Positions 34,980 through 46,700 of a stretch of 64,000 bases of DNA are shown piece after piece. Positions within the stretch are counted from its first letter, which is position 1, and the number at the start of each line of letters is the position of its first letter. Under the pieces are notes generated by a model. That model was given only the letters and a program-made list of their open reading frames with translations, made no database searches and was not told the origin of the DNA. The position numbers and the translations under genes are program-made. Where the stretch lies: the NCBI GenBank assembly GCA_002269645.1, contig NIVC01001494.1:142122-206121 (forward strand). The letters are read 5' to 3'. Source of the DNA: Macrostomum lignano. Its lineage: Eukaryota.

Positions 34980-35404
34980 GTGTCTGTCCATCTCTGCCTG
35001 TCCATCTCTGCCTGTCCATCTCTGCCTGTCCATCTCTGCCTGTCCATCTCTGCCTGTCCATCTCTGCCTGTCCATCTCTGCCTGTCCATCTCTGCCTGTC
35101 CATCTCTGCCTGTCCATCTCTGCCTGTCCATCTCTGCCTGTCCATCTCTGCCTGTCCATCTCTGCCTGTCCATCTCTGCCTGTCCATCTCTGCCTGTCCA
35201 TCTCTGCCTGTCCATCTCTGCCTGTCCATCTCTGCCTGTCCATCTCTGCCTGTCCATCTCTGCCTGTCCATCTCTGCCTGTCCATCTCTGCCTGTCCATC
35301 TCTGCCTGTCCATCTCTGCCTGTCCATCTCTGCCTGTCCATCTCTGCCTGTCCATCCCTGCCTGTCCATCTCTACCTGTCCATTTCTGCCTGTCTGTCTG
35401 TATC

Positions 35405-35470
<66 letters not shown>
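34980..35470 (-). repeat. 14-bp minisatellite identical to 24775-25272 but inverted, followed by (TCTG)n
   Basis: ATCTCTGCCTGTCC units. Confidence 0.93.
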
Positions 35471-35475
<5 letters not shown>

Positions 35476-36689
35476 GTCTGTACAAACTATCAATTTGTCG
35501 AGCTCTGTTATCTCACACAACCTACCGTTTGGTCAACAGACTGACCGCATGCACCTGTAGTGCAATATGCTGTACAAAATCCGCACAGTTATTGAGCTGT
35601 TATCCAACTATTCTGTCCTTCGGCAAATATTTTCAAAGAGCTCCACGTACTTGTAATTTACTCCCACAAACCTTGCATACAAGCATTTTGGCTAAATTCT
35701 GGCTAAATTCGAGGTAAAAAATTATGAAACAATTTTTCCTGCTCTTTAAACCGCTTTTCGATAGATACTACTGAGTAATGCTAGTAGTCACCAATGATTA
35801 AACACCTGGTACTTTCGTTCAGGAAAAGTCAGGACTAATTATTATTAGAAATGAATTTAAATTAAAACGAATGGATACTGTGCTGCCCAGCTATGCAATT
35901 ATGACACACTGGCTTGTCAATAACCGGCCAGTGCTGCAGGGATAATTGCAGGCTTAGCGCCCCCCGGCAACAGCACCTGGGACCGGGTGGGGGCACCGGC
36001 ACCTCCCAGGCCGCTCAACTGGAAGATTCGGGGGGCGGCCTCCATAACTCCGGGTGGGCGGGGGCGCCCGTGTCTCCCGCTGGCTGTGGCTCAAAATAAA
36101 ACTGGGGTTTTGACACGCGGACTGGCGCGCAACACGCAGCAGGCTCAATGGATTTGAGCTGTGCTCAAGCGAGAGTTAATCGAGTCGTGAAGATCTCGGA
36201 CAATGCGATGGGGCGGGCAGATTAGAATTAGTGATAAACACGGGCTGCAAAGCTGGCCAAGTGAGCACCCCAGATGCATAATGCATGGCCTGGGCCCCCC
36301 AGGTCATTATGCAACACAGGGCAATTCGGGCATAAGCCCTGGAGAGGAGCGGGCAGAGAAACAAAAGCTGAGGGGTGAAATGGGGGCGGCTTTATGGGCC
36401 GGGCATTCATGACAATCAAATGAGGTTTGAGGCAGCTCAGACAAAGTCTCCGCTGTCATGAGCAGGCAGGGAAAGCATGAAGTCACTGGGAGGGGGCACG
36501 CGGCCAGGTGATTAGAAAAAGCAGTCAATAAAGCAAACATTGCTATGAAAGCAGGGAAATAAAATACAAGAGAAGTTTGTCGTAAAAGCTTTGGCATGCG
36601 CGCAAGCACATGGAGCAGCCGGGGTTCCGCAAGATTTGAAAAGCCACTGAGAAGACAAGGAAGTGGCGGATGAAGCAGGGCTGGGGTGG

Positions 36690-37620
36690 CTCGATGAGAA
36701 AGGATGGACAGATTAGAGAAGATTGGGAGATGAGAGAGGATGGGGGGATGAGAGAGGATGGGGAGATGAGAGAGGATGGGGAGATGAGAGAGGATGGGGG
36801 GATGAGAGAGGATGGGGGGATGAGAGAGGATGGGGGGATGAGAGAGGATGGGGAGATGAGAGAGGATGCAGAGACGAGAGATGATGGAGAGATGAGAGAG
36901 GATGGGGAGATGAGAGAGGATGGGAAGATAAGAGAGGATGCAGAGACGAGAGATGATGGGGAGATGAGAGAAGATGGGGAAATGAGAGAGGATGCAGAGA
37001 CGAGAGATGATGGGGAGATTAAAGAAGATGGGGAAATGAGAGAGGATGCAGAGACGAGAGATGATGGAGAGATGAGAGAGGATGGAGAGATGAGAGAGGA
37101 TGCAGAGACGAGAGATGATAGAGAGATGAGAGAGGATGGAGAGATGAGAGAGGATGCAGAGAGTGAGCTGCAGAGGCAGGTGAGCAGGCACACAGAGTGA
37201 GCTGCAGATGCAGGTGAGCAGGCACATAGGGTGAGCTGCAGATGCAGATGAGGAGGCACACAGAGTGAGCTGCAGAGGCAGGTGAGCAGGCACAGAGTGA
37301 GCTGCAGATGCAGATGAGGAGGTACACAGAGTGAGCTGCGAGGCAGGTGAGCAGGCACAGAGTGAGCTGCAGAGGCAAGTGAGCAGGCACAGAGTGAGCT
37401 GCAGAGGCAGATGAGGAGGCACAGAGTGAGCTGCAGAGGCAGGTGAGCAGGCACAGAGTGAGCTGCAGAGGCAGATGAGGAGGCACAGAGTGAGCTGCAG
37501 AGGCAAGTGAGCAGGCACACAGAGTGAGCTGGAGAGGCAGGTGAGCAGGCACAGAGTGAGCTGCAGAGGCAGATGAGGAGGCACAGAGTGAGCTGCAGAT
37601 GCAGATGAGGAGGCACACAG
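36690..37620. repeat. compound purine-rich arrays (18-bp GATGAGAGAGGATGGGGA, then about 30-bp GAGTGAGCTGCAGAGGCAGGTGAGCAGGCACA)
   Basis: direct periodicity. Confidence 0.85.
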
Positions 37621-38774
37621 AGGCGGCAATCATCAAACAAGCTACAGAAGTGCCAGCAGGGCCAAGCGAAATATAATCGGCCACCGTGTCAGCGATAATT
37701 TAGCGCCGATAAAGAGGCGGAGCCGGCCAGCCGGCAGAGGCAGATAAGAGCCTAATTAACTATTCTGGCTTGGCAGCTTTCAGCCTTCTCGGAACAGGAG
37801 CCATGGAATACTATCAGGAGCAGGATCTGGGTGCCGGTCTCCTTGGCCATTCCGGCAGTTTATCTACTGGTCGGAGGCGCCTGAAATGCACGGGCTGGTT
37901 TTTCTGGATGCAACGTCACCGCCTCCATGTGGCAGCGGAGGCCGTTGCCAGGCGCTGGGGGGGGGGGCGATTAACACACGCGGCACTGTCCTGTCCAAAC
38001 CTGCTCAAGCTTTCTCAATTTCCCCTGTGCGCTTTCTCGATCGCCTATCGGATTTCCGAACCGCTGATTGCTCAAGCGGGAGGCTGGAGATGTGGGGGGG
38101 AGCAGGGGTGAACAAAGGGTCTCTGGCAAACATTCGAGGATAGTCCATGAGATCCGTGGGACCCGGCCGGCTCCGCCACCTCACGCGTGGAAATGAAATC
38201 GCCTTGAGAAGCTCGGGCGCCGCCGCACTGTTTGAAGCCGCCGGCCGCCAGCCCCTAAAAGTGTTGCAGCAAAAAGCGCGCGGCGCCCCCCCCCAGCCCG
38301 GAGCCCGGCAGCTGTGCCGAAATTGCCATCGATTTTGCTTGCGCTTTTTCTCTCCCTCTCTGCTGTCTCTCACCTGCTGTCTCTGCCGGCAGCCCCGGCC
38401 CGGAGTTGCCACCTGGGCGTGTCAGAATCGCCTTCATCACCTGCCGTTGCCACCCGCCCAGAAGGCCTGCATCCCGCATCTGGGATTCATCCGAGCAAAG
38501 TTGTCACGACACCCCTGCTGCAGCTGGGGAGTTTTTTCAGCCCGCTGAGATGGGAGAATCGAAATGAGGCGGCAGCGGCGGCGAGGACACTTAGCAGAGC
38601 CAGCCAGCCGGGTGGCGGATGGCGTGACTTCCATGGCCGCAGCTCCCGGGTTCCGGGGGGGGGGGGGGGCAGAGACTGGGAAGAGGAAGGTGAGAGCCTC
38701 AGATTGCCCGGCCTGCTGGCCGAATGTGAGCTGCTGAGACTCAGAGCTGCCAGTCTTGTGAGTCTGATGGCATT

Positions 38775-39840
38775 CTGAATGCTCCCACCAGTCCCTGAAT
38801 GCTCCCACCAGTCCCTGAATGCTCCCACCAGTCTCTGAATGGTCCCACCAGTCCCTGAATGTTCCCACCAGTCCCTGAATGCTCCCACCAGTCCCTGAAT
38901 GCTCCCACCAGTCCCTGAATGTTCCCACCAGTCCCTGAATGCTCCCACCAGTCCCTGAATGTTCCCACCAGTCCCTGAATGCTCCCACCAGTCCCTGAAT
39001 ACTCCCACCAGTCCCTGAATGCTCCCACCAGTCCCTGAATTCTCCCACCAGTCTCTGAAAGCACCCATGTTTTTTCGGGAGAATTTATGAATCTTAAAAC
39101 ATATTTTACTTTCTGTATTGTTTTGAGGGCTTTCGCATCATCAGAAGCTGTCCGGGAACCAAAGAAGATGTCCGGGATACATAGAAGCTTTGCGGGAACT
39201 ATAGAGGCTTTGTGGGAACCATATAGAGGCTTTGGGGGAACCATATAGAGGCTTTGGGGGAACCATATAGAGGCTTTGGGGGAACCATATAGAGGCTTTG
39301 GGGGAACCATAGAGGCTTTGGGGGAACCATAGAGGCTTTGGGGGAACCATAGAGGCTTTGGGGGAACCATATAGAGGCTTTGGGGGAACCATATAGAGGC
39401 TTTGGGGGAACCATAGAGGCTTTGGGGGAACCATAGAGGCTTTGGGGGAACCATAGAGGCTTTGGGGGAACCATAGAGGCTTTGGGGGAACCATAGAGGC
39501 TTTGGGGGAACCATATAGAGGCTTTGGGGGAACCATATAGAGGCTTTGGGGGAACCATAGAGGCTTTGGGGGAACCATAGAGGCTTTGGGGGAGCCATAG
39601 AGGCTTTGGGGGAACCATAGAGGCTTTGGAGGAACCATAGAGGCTTTGGGGGAACCATATAGAGGCTTTGGAGGAACCATAGAAGCTGTCCGGAGACCAT
39701 AGAAGCTGTCCGGAGACCATAGAAGCTGTCCGGAGACCATAGAAGCTGTCCGGGGACCATAGAAGCTGTCCGGAGACCATAGAAGCTGTCCGGGAATCAT
39801 CAAAGCTGACCGGGATCATCGAAGCTGTCCGGGGACCAAA
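38775..39840. repeat. three adjacent 20-22-bp arrays (GTCCCTGAATGCTCCCACCA; ATAGAGGCTTTGGGGGAACC; ATAGAAGCTGTCCGGAGACC)
   Basis: direct periodicity. Confidence 0.88.
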
Positions 39841-40232
39841 GAAGCTGTCTTTAAATCACAGAATTCGTCCGTAAATCACTGAGTCAGTAGGATGTGGTTC
39901 GATTCTTATCCACCTCAGTTTGGTTTTTAAAAAAATCGATTCCTAGCACCCACGGGAATGACCAGTGGGTGAAGCTTCAAAGCTTTCGTGCGGCAAATCC
40001 CAAGGAAGCTGGACCCGTCATCTAAGATGTGTAGCTGTGACAGACCGGCCTCCACTCTCCACTCCCAGCCTGACCACCCCGATAAATCAATTCCAGTCAG
40101 GACCCGCCGAACCCAGCGGGTTTCAGTTGAGCTTCAAAAAAATTCACTCCGTAAGTTTTTATAGTGTTAGCTTTGATATCAGATAGAATGCTCAACAAGG
40201 GACGCACATCGAATACTAGATTCCGACAAAGT

Positions 40233-40268
40233 TTTATTGAATTGTAATGTAATCATATATAATTTATT
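40233..40268 (-). terminator. two candidate AATAAA polyadenylation signals of Tbx2/3
   Basis: tttatt at 40233-40238 and 40263-40268, about 500 nt past the stop. Confidence 0.45.
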
Positions 40269-40735
40269 AGCGCAGATAAAATGTCATCATATTACCGCTA
40301 ATATGAAGGTGCGGCAGCTCCACTCACTCGACCGTGTCAGACAAAGACGACAACACAAAGACATGCGCCATGCTGCTGGGGCGCAGTTCACCGCCCGCAT
40401 GGCGCTCGCCGGCTTCAAAATCAAAGCCAAAACTGACACGACAACGAATAAGCGACAGCAGAGAAGGAATTGCTCGAAAGAGTTACAGTAGAAACAATCA
40501 ACATCAATGCATCAGAAAAGACCTGCTCTACAGCTGAGCTGGGCGCGCCCACGGCTCTGTGTGTACTCGGCAGTGCAGCCATGGCAATAGGAGAGCTTTG
40601 CGAATGAGGGGATTAGGGACTCATTTACGACGTTAACAACACAAGGGACCAGCTGTTCAAACAGTATGTACACGAACACCAATGCAGATACTGACTAGTT
40701 TGCTTCCAAAGCTGACAGTCGCGGAGTGCGCGGCC

Positions 40736-43700
40736 TCAGTCCGCCATGATCTGGTGAATGAGGAACCCCTTCTTCTTCTTGGGGCTGGCGGCCGGCGCTG
40801 CTGAAGCTGCCGAAGCTGGCGAAGCGGCTCCGGCCGAAGTCAGAGGCTCGAAGCTTCTTTGGGAAGCCGGCAGCGGCGGCATCGGCGGCGGCGACGCAGG
40901 CGGCCCGGGCGGGAAGAGGCCCGGCCAGAACAGGCCGCCGTACGGAGCGCGCGGCAGCGGAGGCGGCGGGGGTCCCCCGAGCTGGTGGTGGCGGGCCGGC
41001 CCGCCGGAGCGGCAGTGGCTCGCGGCAGCGGCAACGGCTGCGGCTGCCAGGCAGCTGAAATCGCAGCTCTGATGCGGCTGGTGATGCAGCTGGTGATGAA
41101 GCTGGTGCTGCTGGTGCTGCTGGTGCTGGTCGAAGGCGGATCTGTAGTGGTGGATGGTGCTGCCACCCCCGCGGCCGCTGCCCCAGCCTTCCAGCCGGGG
41201 CCGCCGGTCCTCCGGCAGGTCCTGCAGGTCGGCGGAGGCGCCGTCGGCTGCCGGACGCTTCAGACCGGCGAAGCAGCGGCCCATGGGGCTGACGGGCAGC
41301 AGCACCGGTGGCTCCAGGTGGCCGCCAGCTCGTGGGTGGGGATGGTGGTGATGGAGCAGAGAGTCTGCGGGAGCGGAAGTCGGGGGAGGTGGGTTCTGCA
41401 GTGATTAAGCGAGTTTAATTGGTCCATAAAACAGAGGCAGGTGGAGTTTTAAACTGAGCTGGAGGCAGTTGGGGTTCCGTGAGCAGTCACGCATTATACT
41501 GCTCTGTGCTACACTGGGGCAGCCCATCGCAGCCCCATTGTCTGAGTGCGGGCTTATGAAATCCGTTTATGGGAAACGAATGAACAGTTCAGGCTTTGCT
41601 GGGAGGCGCCATCGAGGGTGGCAACTTTCTCCCCTGCTCTGCCCACCCCGACACGGCCCAGGCTGTAAAGTTTATTGTTCAGCAGGCCACCGCAGCCTCG
41701 TCCCGCAGCAGGGAAGTGGCGCCCTGCACTGACACCTGACAGTCGGGGGGGGGGGGCCTCTGCGGGCAGTTTAATGGCCCTTGCTGCAGGAGCGGTGGGT
41801 CTTCTACAGCACTGCAGGCCCGCCTCACTGGCTGAGCATATCAATGCTGCTGTCTGCTTGAATGACCTCATTATTTGGGGGGGGGGGTAATCTCTACGAT
41901 TCACAAAGCCGGGCATTCACAAACTCGGACATTCACAAGCCCAGACATTCACAAACCCAGACATTCACAAACCCAGATATTCACAAACCCAGAAATTCAC
42001 AAACCCAGAAATTCACAAACCCGGACATTCACAAAACCCGAACATTCACAAACCCGGAAATTCACAAAACCCGAACATTCACAAACCCAGGCATAAAAAG
42101 CCTAGACATTAAAAAACCGGAAATTTAAATACTCGGACATTCACATTTACCCGGACATTCACATTTACCCGGACATTCACATTACCCGGACATTCACATT
42201 TACCCGGACATTCACATTTACCCGGACATTCACAAACCCGGACATTCACAAAACCCGAACATTCACAAACCCGGAAATTCACAAACCCGGACATTCACAA
42301 ACCCAGGCATAAAAAGCCTAGACATTAAAAAACCGGAAATTTAAATACTCGGACATTCACATTTACCCGGACATTCACATTTACCCGGACATTCACATTA
42401 CCCGGACATTCACATTTACCCGGACATTCACATTTACCCGGACATTCACATTACCCGGACATTCACAAAACCAGAACATTCACAAACCCGGAAATTCACA
42501 AACCCGGACATTCACAAACCCGGACATTCACAAACCCGGACATTCACAAACCCGGACACGAATATAGCGAATTTTAACTCCACAGTGCTTTCGGGCTTCC
42601 CTAGAAAAAAAACAAGAATGCCTGAATGGGAGTGGAAAGAGAAACCTGCCAGCAGGATGTCTCCGCGCTCACCGATCCCTGCAGTCTCACTTTCTGTCTT
42701 CCACAGAAGACAATTATTCTCCCATTCATCGACTCTCCAGCTCAAGAAGAAAAAAGCTGCCTCCCAGATTTAGCGGAATTTTTGCCCGGGAGAAAGCCGG
42801 AGAAAAAAGCAAATTATTTTAGCGGCCGTTCTGCCGGCGGTCCCGCACAAAGGCGGCGGGAGCTCCGCGCGGGAGGGGCTGGGGAGCGAAGAATCACTTT
42901 TGCGGAGCTTCCCGAAGCCGCCGGGGACGGATTCGAGGGTCAGCTTTTTTCTGCCTCTACCCAGGCGGCTCCCAGCCTCCCCGACACTCCGTCGGAGCCG
43001 CTCCTTCATCTCGCGAGCTGCCCCGGCGCCGTCTTCCCGGCGGGCTGCAGCGGTTCCGCTTGCCCGCCCGAGCGGTTCAGGCGCTCCCCGCTCAACTGAT
43101 TTGCTGCTGCTCCGCTTTTTTCAAGAATTGGTTTCAGGAAATTTGCCGAGCTCAGTCGGGCTTGACTGCGGGAGGCGGGGCTGGCGGGAGAAGACGCGGG
43201 ACCAGCCGGGAGAGGCGAATTCAGTGCCTGCCTGCACTCGCTACCAGCAGCAGCCTCTGCCGCCACCGAGCCGTGACCCGCCGCCACTGCAACTCTCAGC
43301 TGCCTGCCGACTTTCATCAAGCGGCCTTAGAAATGAGCGGGCATTGTTGAAACTGATTTTTTCACTTGAGCAAAAATAACTTTCAATTGTTGCAGCAGAC
43401 AGGCCGGGTCGGCTCCCGGCTCCCGGCTAATTATTGGGAATTAATTCCTTCGCTGATGAGGCGAGAAAGAGAGAGCGAAAGATGAGGGGAGGCGGCAGAC
43501 AGTCCAGGAAGCTGCGGACTGCCAAAGACGATGGCGCTCTCTTTTTCTGGAGCTCTAATTGAGCGAACAATGCACAGAGTGCCGCCGCTGCTGCCGCCAA
43601 CTTTCCCCTCTGATAGCTGCAACTCGCCCCCCCCCCTAGCTTGAGCCCGGCTGCCTCAGTGCGGGCAGAGCAGGCAGACAAGGCATTGCTTTGAAGCCAA

Positions 43701-46700
43701 GCAGAGAGCCTTTATTGCGGCGGGGGTCAGAGATCCGTATCTGGCCTCCCAGCCAGTGCGTCGCCTCTTTCGCCCCCCCCCCACTAAACCCGCTGGACAA
43801 AGTGGCAGCAGCGACTTGAAAAGGCCAAACACAGGCCGCCCCAACCCCCCTCCGCGCTGCTGCTCAAAAAAGCCCGACGGAAGCCGTGCGAGGGGGGGGC
43901 GGCCCAAGCTGAAGGAGCCACCCACAGCTGTCTGTCTCGCTGTCTGTGTCTCCTCTCTCTGCCCCCCCCCCCAAGTCGGGCCCCGGCGCTCCCGCACCCC
44001 AGCCCAGGCCGCTTGGCGCCAGCTCTGACAGCAGCGGCGGCAGCGGCGGCAGCGGCCAGCAGCGGAGGGTGAGACTGGGGTTGCCACCGCAGATCCCACG
44101 CAGCTCAGGTGGGGCAGCCACCGCCCCCACCCTGCTGAGGGCCATTGTTGCCGCGGCGCCTGGAAGGTGCCAACCGCAGCCCGCCGCCCTGCAGATCTGC
44201 CCCCCCCCCACCTCGCATGGCCGGCCAGCTCTCTCTGTCTTTTCAAGCCTTGATGGCTTCAGCACCAACCGCTGTCGCCCTGTGCCCCTCCCATCTGCAT
44301 CTGTAACATCTTGCGCGTCTCGGCCAGCCGGGCATCTTCTTTGTTGTTTTACACGGCAGCGACGGCGGCCTTAGCGACAGATTTTCAAGCTCGGCTCTCG
44401 CGGCTCCGCGGGGCCAGGGGCCACTTCAAGTCGTCTCCGCTTGATTCTGGAGCTGGTGAGGGTTTTTGCACGGGCGGTGCCCACTCCCCATTACCCACTC
44501 CCCTCTCCCCAATCCCCTCTCCCCAATCCCCTCTACCCACTCCCCTCTCGACTGATCGACCTGCCAGGCTTCGCGGGCCCGAAGGTGGAGATTTCCGCCT
44601 GGAAGAGTCCGCAAGAGCTGCTCGGAGACTCTCGCGCTCGGGCGGCAGCCGCCGCCGCCGCCGCCGCCAAGCTCGAAGTCACGCAACGCAGCTGCCCCGC
44701 AGTCTCCGGGCCTTTGCGCTGCGCCGGGACTGAGGCTGGAGTCAGGAAGAAGCTGACTGCAGACCGGGGGCGGCGAGGGCGGGTCAAAGCGGAAGGCGGC
44801 GGCTCCGCCGATCCAAGCGGCTCCACGCCCGATGGGCAGCGAAGTGGGAAGCGGCGATGGGGTGGGGCCGATCTCCATCAGCGCCTCCGCCCGGCCCGAA
44901 GTGGCTGAAGGACCCCCGGGCCGGGGTTTTGAGGCCGGGAAGCTCCGTGACCCGCAGAGTTTTAATGATGACGCCCCGGACTGTGGAGTGCGGATGCGGG
45001 CCGAGGGAGCTCAAAGGCAGGCCTGGGCTTGAGGCGGACGGCAAAGCCAAGGCAGGCTGTACCGTTCTGGGCCCAATTAAGGCGATGCCGCCTACTGAAA
45101 GTTGCTCCGCTTTTCACCGGCGGGGCCGGTGGGGCTCCGCTTCAGGCAAGAGGTGAGCTCAAATCCCAATTGCTCAAAATTGCTGCTGCGTCTTCTTTCG
45201 CTACAACAGCGCCGCCCGAGAGCTAATTGCGATCCAGATCCCGCCACAGGCCTGCAGGGATTTCTCCCCAGACCTCTCGTGCGTTGAAGCAAACAAAACA
45301 GAAAAAGAAAACTGCTCAATGCGACACTCACCTGCCATGGCCAGCTGATGGCGCTCGCGCAGCCCAGCCTCCTTGGCCTCGGCCAGTAGCGAGCTCGAGT
45401 CGTCCGAGTCCTCGCTGTCGCTCTGGCCGCCCGACTGTCCGCTCTGCTGCTGCCGGCTCCTGCGGGATTCGAGCCCGGGCTGTACAAACACGCCAAGCCC
45501 CCCAGCCTCCTCGCCTCATCAACTCAGCCCCAAAGCCCTATAATCCGCACGCAGCCGGGCTATTGTTGTCCCGCTGGCGGCAGGCCGCACGCCAGCTCAA
45601 TTACCGGCCGCCCATTGTGCTCAGCCCGTGGAAAATGTTTGCAACTGCGGTGGCGCCTGCCCGCCTCGCCTGCCCGTCCGGCCGCGGCAACGTGCGAAAT
45701 CGCCGCCTCCTCCTCCAGCGCCGCGGCCCGGCGTCGCCCCGGAGCTCCTGGCGAGACGCTCACGCGATCCGCCCGCATTGACTGCGGGGCCCCGAGGGCG
45801 GCCGCCCTGCCCCTCCCCAACTCCACTTTTCCCTCTGTCTCCACTCCGTCTCGGCTCCTCCGCCCCGATCTGTTGGTAACCGGGAGGCGCCAAATTAGGG
45901 CAGTCGCCCCCAAGTGTCAATCAAAAAATTTACAAATGCCATGTCACACGCGAAGCCCCCTGCTTGCTTCTCCACCCCCTCCGTCTCTCGCTCTCTCCGC
46001 CACTTCTGCTCCGCTCCCTGCAGCCAGCACTGCAACAGGGGGGAGGCCCCCCGGCTCACTTCTTGTTGTCCCTGCGGCCCGAGCCGGTGTCCCGGAAGCC
46101 CTTGGCGAACGGGTTGTTGTCGATCTTCAGCTGTGTGATCTGCCAAAAAGCGGGGCGGGGGAAGCGCGGATGTGACACGGAGGGAGCTCAGCATCCCCTG
46201 GCCCGGCCATCCCAGCGCAGACACCTGTTTAGCTCGAAGTGATGAGGCAACATCCTCTTCGAAACTAAGGTAAAAAAATATGTTGAAAAAAGCATCCGGT
46301 TCTGCCGGGCCCTCCCTGGCGCTAACGAGGGGGCGACAGCTTCGCCATGGAGAGCCAGGACTGCAGCCTGCAGTCACAGCTCTTCCTCAAACCCACATTG
46401 ATTGCACATTGTCTTGCCGTTCATACACTGATAGATCCCTTATAGACATATAGATGACTTGTCAGTATACGAGTAATGAGTTACTGAAGTCTGTAGTCAG
46501 TTATCGGGATTGGGGAAGAGCTGTGACTCCAGGTTCTGTTTCTGGCTCTCCTTGGCTCTGCCTTCGAGTTCGCAGCTCAGTGCCTCATTAAAATTTGATG
46601 CAGAGTGGCTGGGGGGGGGAGTTTTGAGAGATATTGCCAAGTGTCACGAAGTTCGCTCGCTGGCCTGAGCGCCCCGCGCTTTTTCTCCCATAATGGCGAT

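Noticed and set aside
34598-35560. Overlapping 320-aa ORF
   Set aside because: It has a GTG start and runs into the minisatellite; codon bias favours the 34596 frame.
43990-44196. Phase-0-to-1 bridging exon for Tbx2/3
   Set aside because: It would reconcile phases, but the acceptor is G-rich and the donor weak; not supportable without cDNA.
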